DNA of 36,102 nucleotides, taken from positions 1 through 36,102 of the forward strand of contig JALAGF010000227.1 in the NCBI GenBank assembly GCA_030167865.1, read 5' to 3'. The notes beneath the pieces are model-generated. The model was not told where the DNA came from, did not search any database, and saw only the letters and a program-made list of their open reading frames with translations. Positions 33,427 through 36,102 of the stretch are shown one piece after another. Every line of letters begins with the position of its first letter. Position 1 is the stretch's first letter. Both the position numbers and the translations under genes were made by a program. The DNA comes from Craspedostauros australis (lineage: Eukaryota).

Positions 33427-34293
33427 GAAGCAGATTGCGATTCTGGTGGCACCTCCTCGTGCATACCGATTCGCCTCCAGCAGCCAAGCTGAGTTGCCGA
33501 GTGGGGCGGCAAGGATTGCGTCCCGTCCAACTGGGCTCGAAACCGTGTACCTTCATCGTAGCGTTCAGGTGCTGGTAACCTAACAGAGCAATGCATTATT
33601 ACAGAATATGTCAGATTGCACCACCCGCCAATACAGATGCTGAATCGGTGCCACAGCTTGTTGCTTCATTGGTAATACTGGTGTTACTGGGGTGGCGCTT
33701 CTGTTCTCGGTTTGGTTGACCCCTGGATTGTGCGGGTTGGATCTCAATGTGGAGATACCGCACAACCGCATGTTAATTCACCCAAGAATAAATCTCCTAC
33801 CGGTGGGCGAATTGTATTCCATGTGTCCTGCGCAACCCACGAGTAGGTGCACCGTCCCTCGCGAAGAAATATGCTCTTTGGTCGTGATGTGTACCATGGA
33901 GGGGAAGGGAAAACGGCGTTTTTTTGTAAATGCGACTCAGAAAGAATAGAAAGTGGGTCCATTGTTGCTATTTTCCAGATTTTCCTGCTGTTCGTTGGAA
34001 TCAGCCATTTCACAGGTTTCGCTGTTGCTTTCCTTGTGTATTTGTGACTTGCCTTGGGTTTGGGACAACGAGCGCATTGGTCATCGCGACTTCGTCCGCA
34101 ACTCACCTGCACACTTTACCACGACCCTCCCTGTACCGACTAATGGCAGACCAACCTACTACGCTGACATTGCAACCTGATTTTCTCTTCCTCTCCATGC
34201 ATGCAATGTACAGTTCTTGTTCTGTTGTTGTTGTTTTACCATATAGACGATAGTCTTTAACTATGTGCCAAAGCCGCTTTTGTACCACCTCGT

Positions 34294-34818
34294 TTATTCC
34301 ACAGGAGACATGCAGCAGGAACGGATATTGTTGGCAGGTGTTGCCTTGCTGTGTGGTTGCATACACTCATGTATGCCAGCAGATGTATAATGTATGCACA
34401 GGCGTAACGCGTGATGGCGCCAGCTGCCCTCACAGTGGATCAGGTGAAGCGTGCCGGGCGTGTGGTTGCGCTGCAGGATGTTGGATGCAGATGGTGCACA
34501 GCACAGCCATACTAGCTGCTCTNGAGGAACCGTGGCCTTGACATGTGGCATGATGTGTGCCATGGCTAGCAGCCGCACTGCTCTGCTTGGCTCGGTTCCC
34601 AGTAGGTTCTGGCTAAGCTGGCGGAGGTGAGGAGGTATGGGCACTTGAGGCAGCTCTACGGGGGCTTCACAAGACGAGTCCATGAGCTGGGACATAATGC
34701 CATGCTTGGCTTCTTCCTGGAGCTTGTGATTTCGGCTCATCCAGTCCACTTTGGTTTGGCCTGGGATACTTCCTTGGTTGGCACATCCAATTGCAGTTTC
34801 GTTTCAGCAGCCCTCATG
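34294..34818 (-). pseudogene. Degenerate ORF remnant downstream of the transposase, possibly part of the same element
   Basis: A 151-codon open stretch in the same TG/CA-rich, CpG-poor block and on the same strand as the transposase. Contains an N at 34523. No recognisable domain. Confidence 0.25.
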
Positions 34819-34896
34819 ACGAATAGGTTGAAGAGTGTTCGTTGTTGTTGCTATTTCTAATTTTGTTGGTTTATTGCATGTGAGTATTGCTTATTC

Positions 34897-35945
34897 TTAC
34901 AGTTCCACCAGGGAATCCAACCAATCATCCATCTCCCTGATGATTCCCAATGTTCGGTTGAGGTTAAACAGCGGATTTGTATGTTTGAGTTCCAATTGTG
35001 TGATTGCGGCTACCGAGCACATTGTGTACTGGTGCTTCTTCAGTAAGTGCCGCCATTTTTGCTTCAGGCACTTCCAGTTCTTGAACCTTTTATGCACCGT
35101 TTCATGCCGTGCACGAATCATGCCATTGCATCGTGTGCAATCCAAGCAGCAGCTTTGCTCACCTCTGTACCCGCGGTCTGCAATGACCTGTTCATTCGGA
35201 TCCAATGCATGCAGTAGCTTCTCACAATAAATCTTGATGTCTGGCCACTCCCTGCAAGGATATGGTCCGTCCACCCACACAAGGTGCCCTGTCACAATGG
35301 AGATGCAAGTTTCATATCAGAGCCCTGCAGCTTGGAATTTGTGGGAATACCAGCCTGGATCATACAAAGAAGACTCCATGATGAGGAAGTCAGTACCATC
35401 TACGGATGCCATTGTTGTTGTTCCTGGTGGACAGCCAATTTTCCGATCTTCAAAACATATCTGAGATAAGATCAACACATGTGAACATTGGCAAAGGCAG
35501 AGATTGTGAGAGATATGGCATGCAATTCATCAATTGCAGCATACAGATTGCGGTTCCTCTGTTGCTGTTCCAAAGTTGTGTCACTTACAAGTTCTTGGCT
35601 GAGGAGAGCCAATGCACGAAGAATAATCCAGGTCCACTTCTGTACAGTTTTCACATCCTTTCCCATTCGTCCTGCCAGCACACCCCATGTTGGATATTGT
35701 TTGAGAAACATGAGAGCACATAGCAGGTGCTCCATTGTTGCATTCCATGGCAGTAAGTCTTCCTCATTCAGTCCGTCCCATGCCATGGCAGCCACTTTGG
35801 TGTGGGTTCCGAAGTTGCTTCAGAAACATGTTTGCACACCGTACGATGGTGGAGTGTGGAGTCTAGGATCAAACGCTTGTCCCAGAAGCTCCATGCCCTT
35901 GCATGCAATGGTTGTCTTGGTTGTCTGCGTGGTCTCCAGTGCCAT
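34897..35945 (-). mobile_element. Inactivated PIF/Harbinger-type (DDE_Tnp_4, IS5-related) transposase gene; exons 35945-35589 and 35460-34897
   Basis: Spliced translation gives HLLCALMFLKQYPT (helix-turn-helix region), SVDGTDF, WYSHKF, AGL*YE, GPYPC.EWPD, VIADRGYRG and RARHETVHKRFKNW. The D-D-E positions (DGT, ADRGY, RHE) are intact. In-frame TGA stops at 35820-35822 and 35317-35319. Element ends not identified. Confidence 0.85.
35461..35588 (-). other. Spliceosomal intron (128 nt) within the transposase
   Basis: Minus strand reads CTT|gtaagt ... ttatctcag|ATA. Removing it joins ...LSQEL to ICFEDRK...SVDGTDF in frame. Confidence 0.8.
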
Positions 35946-36102
35946 TCTGATGTATCTTGGTATGCCAACAGGACGGAGGACGAAAATGTGGCATTCACTA
36001 GTGCAATATCTAATTCAGCAACAGAAAGAGGAATGCAGACAGGGCAAGCCCTGTTATTGTCGATTTGTGCTGAACATACAATAGCCTGGACAATTCAGTG
36101 TG

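Noticed and set aside
28718..33730. Possible inverted repeats (caatccag / ccagt motifs at ~28.72 kb and ~33.67-33.73 kb) flanking the STAND gene as if it were transposon cargo
   Set aside because: Similarity is limited to about 8 bp with gaps, with no convincing TIR or target-site duplication.
1..36102. tRNA, rRNA, snRNA, CRISPR/Cas, TnpB/Fanzor or reverse transcriptase
   Set aside because: No diagnostic sequence or protein motifs seen by eye. tRNAscan-SE, Infernal/Rfam and HMM searches would be needed to exclude them formally.

Overview
Eukaryotic genomic DNA, most likely from a diatom (inference). The evidence is a signal peptide plus ASAF plastid-targeting motif, GT-AG introns, GC3-rich exons, and kinase and STAND-ATPase types common in diatoms. 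Six intact protein-coding genes are supportable: a polyQ-flanked Ser/Thr (TKL-like) kinase (+), the peroxisomal E2 enzyme PEX4 (-), a plastid-targeted OHP1/HLIP-like light-stress protein (+), an NPEPL1-type M17 aminopeptidase (-), an unknown multi-pass membrane protein with a probable stop-free 276-nt intron (+), and a ~1300-aa COG3899-like STAND/AAA ATPase-TPR protein with no kinase or sensor domain (+). The right end holds a spliced PIF/Harbinger-type (DDE_Tnp_4) transposase inactivated by two CGA>TGA-type stops in CpG-poor DNA. The left end holds a higher-order TGTCCGGT repeat array that may be a transposon subterminus. The first ~10 kb and the 13-23 kb intergenic tracts are gene-poor but contain short, frameshifted coding-like shards (LRR-like, F-box-like, unidentified) and microsatellites. 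I found no CRISPR array, rRNA or tRNA. I cannot demonstrate a wholly new system. The best candidates for follow-up are the effector-less STAND protein, the repeat array with the gene shards beside it, and the methylation-scarred transposon.
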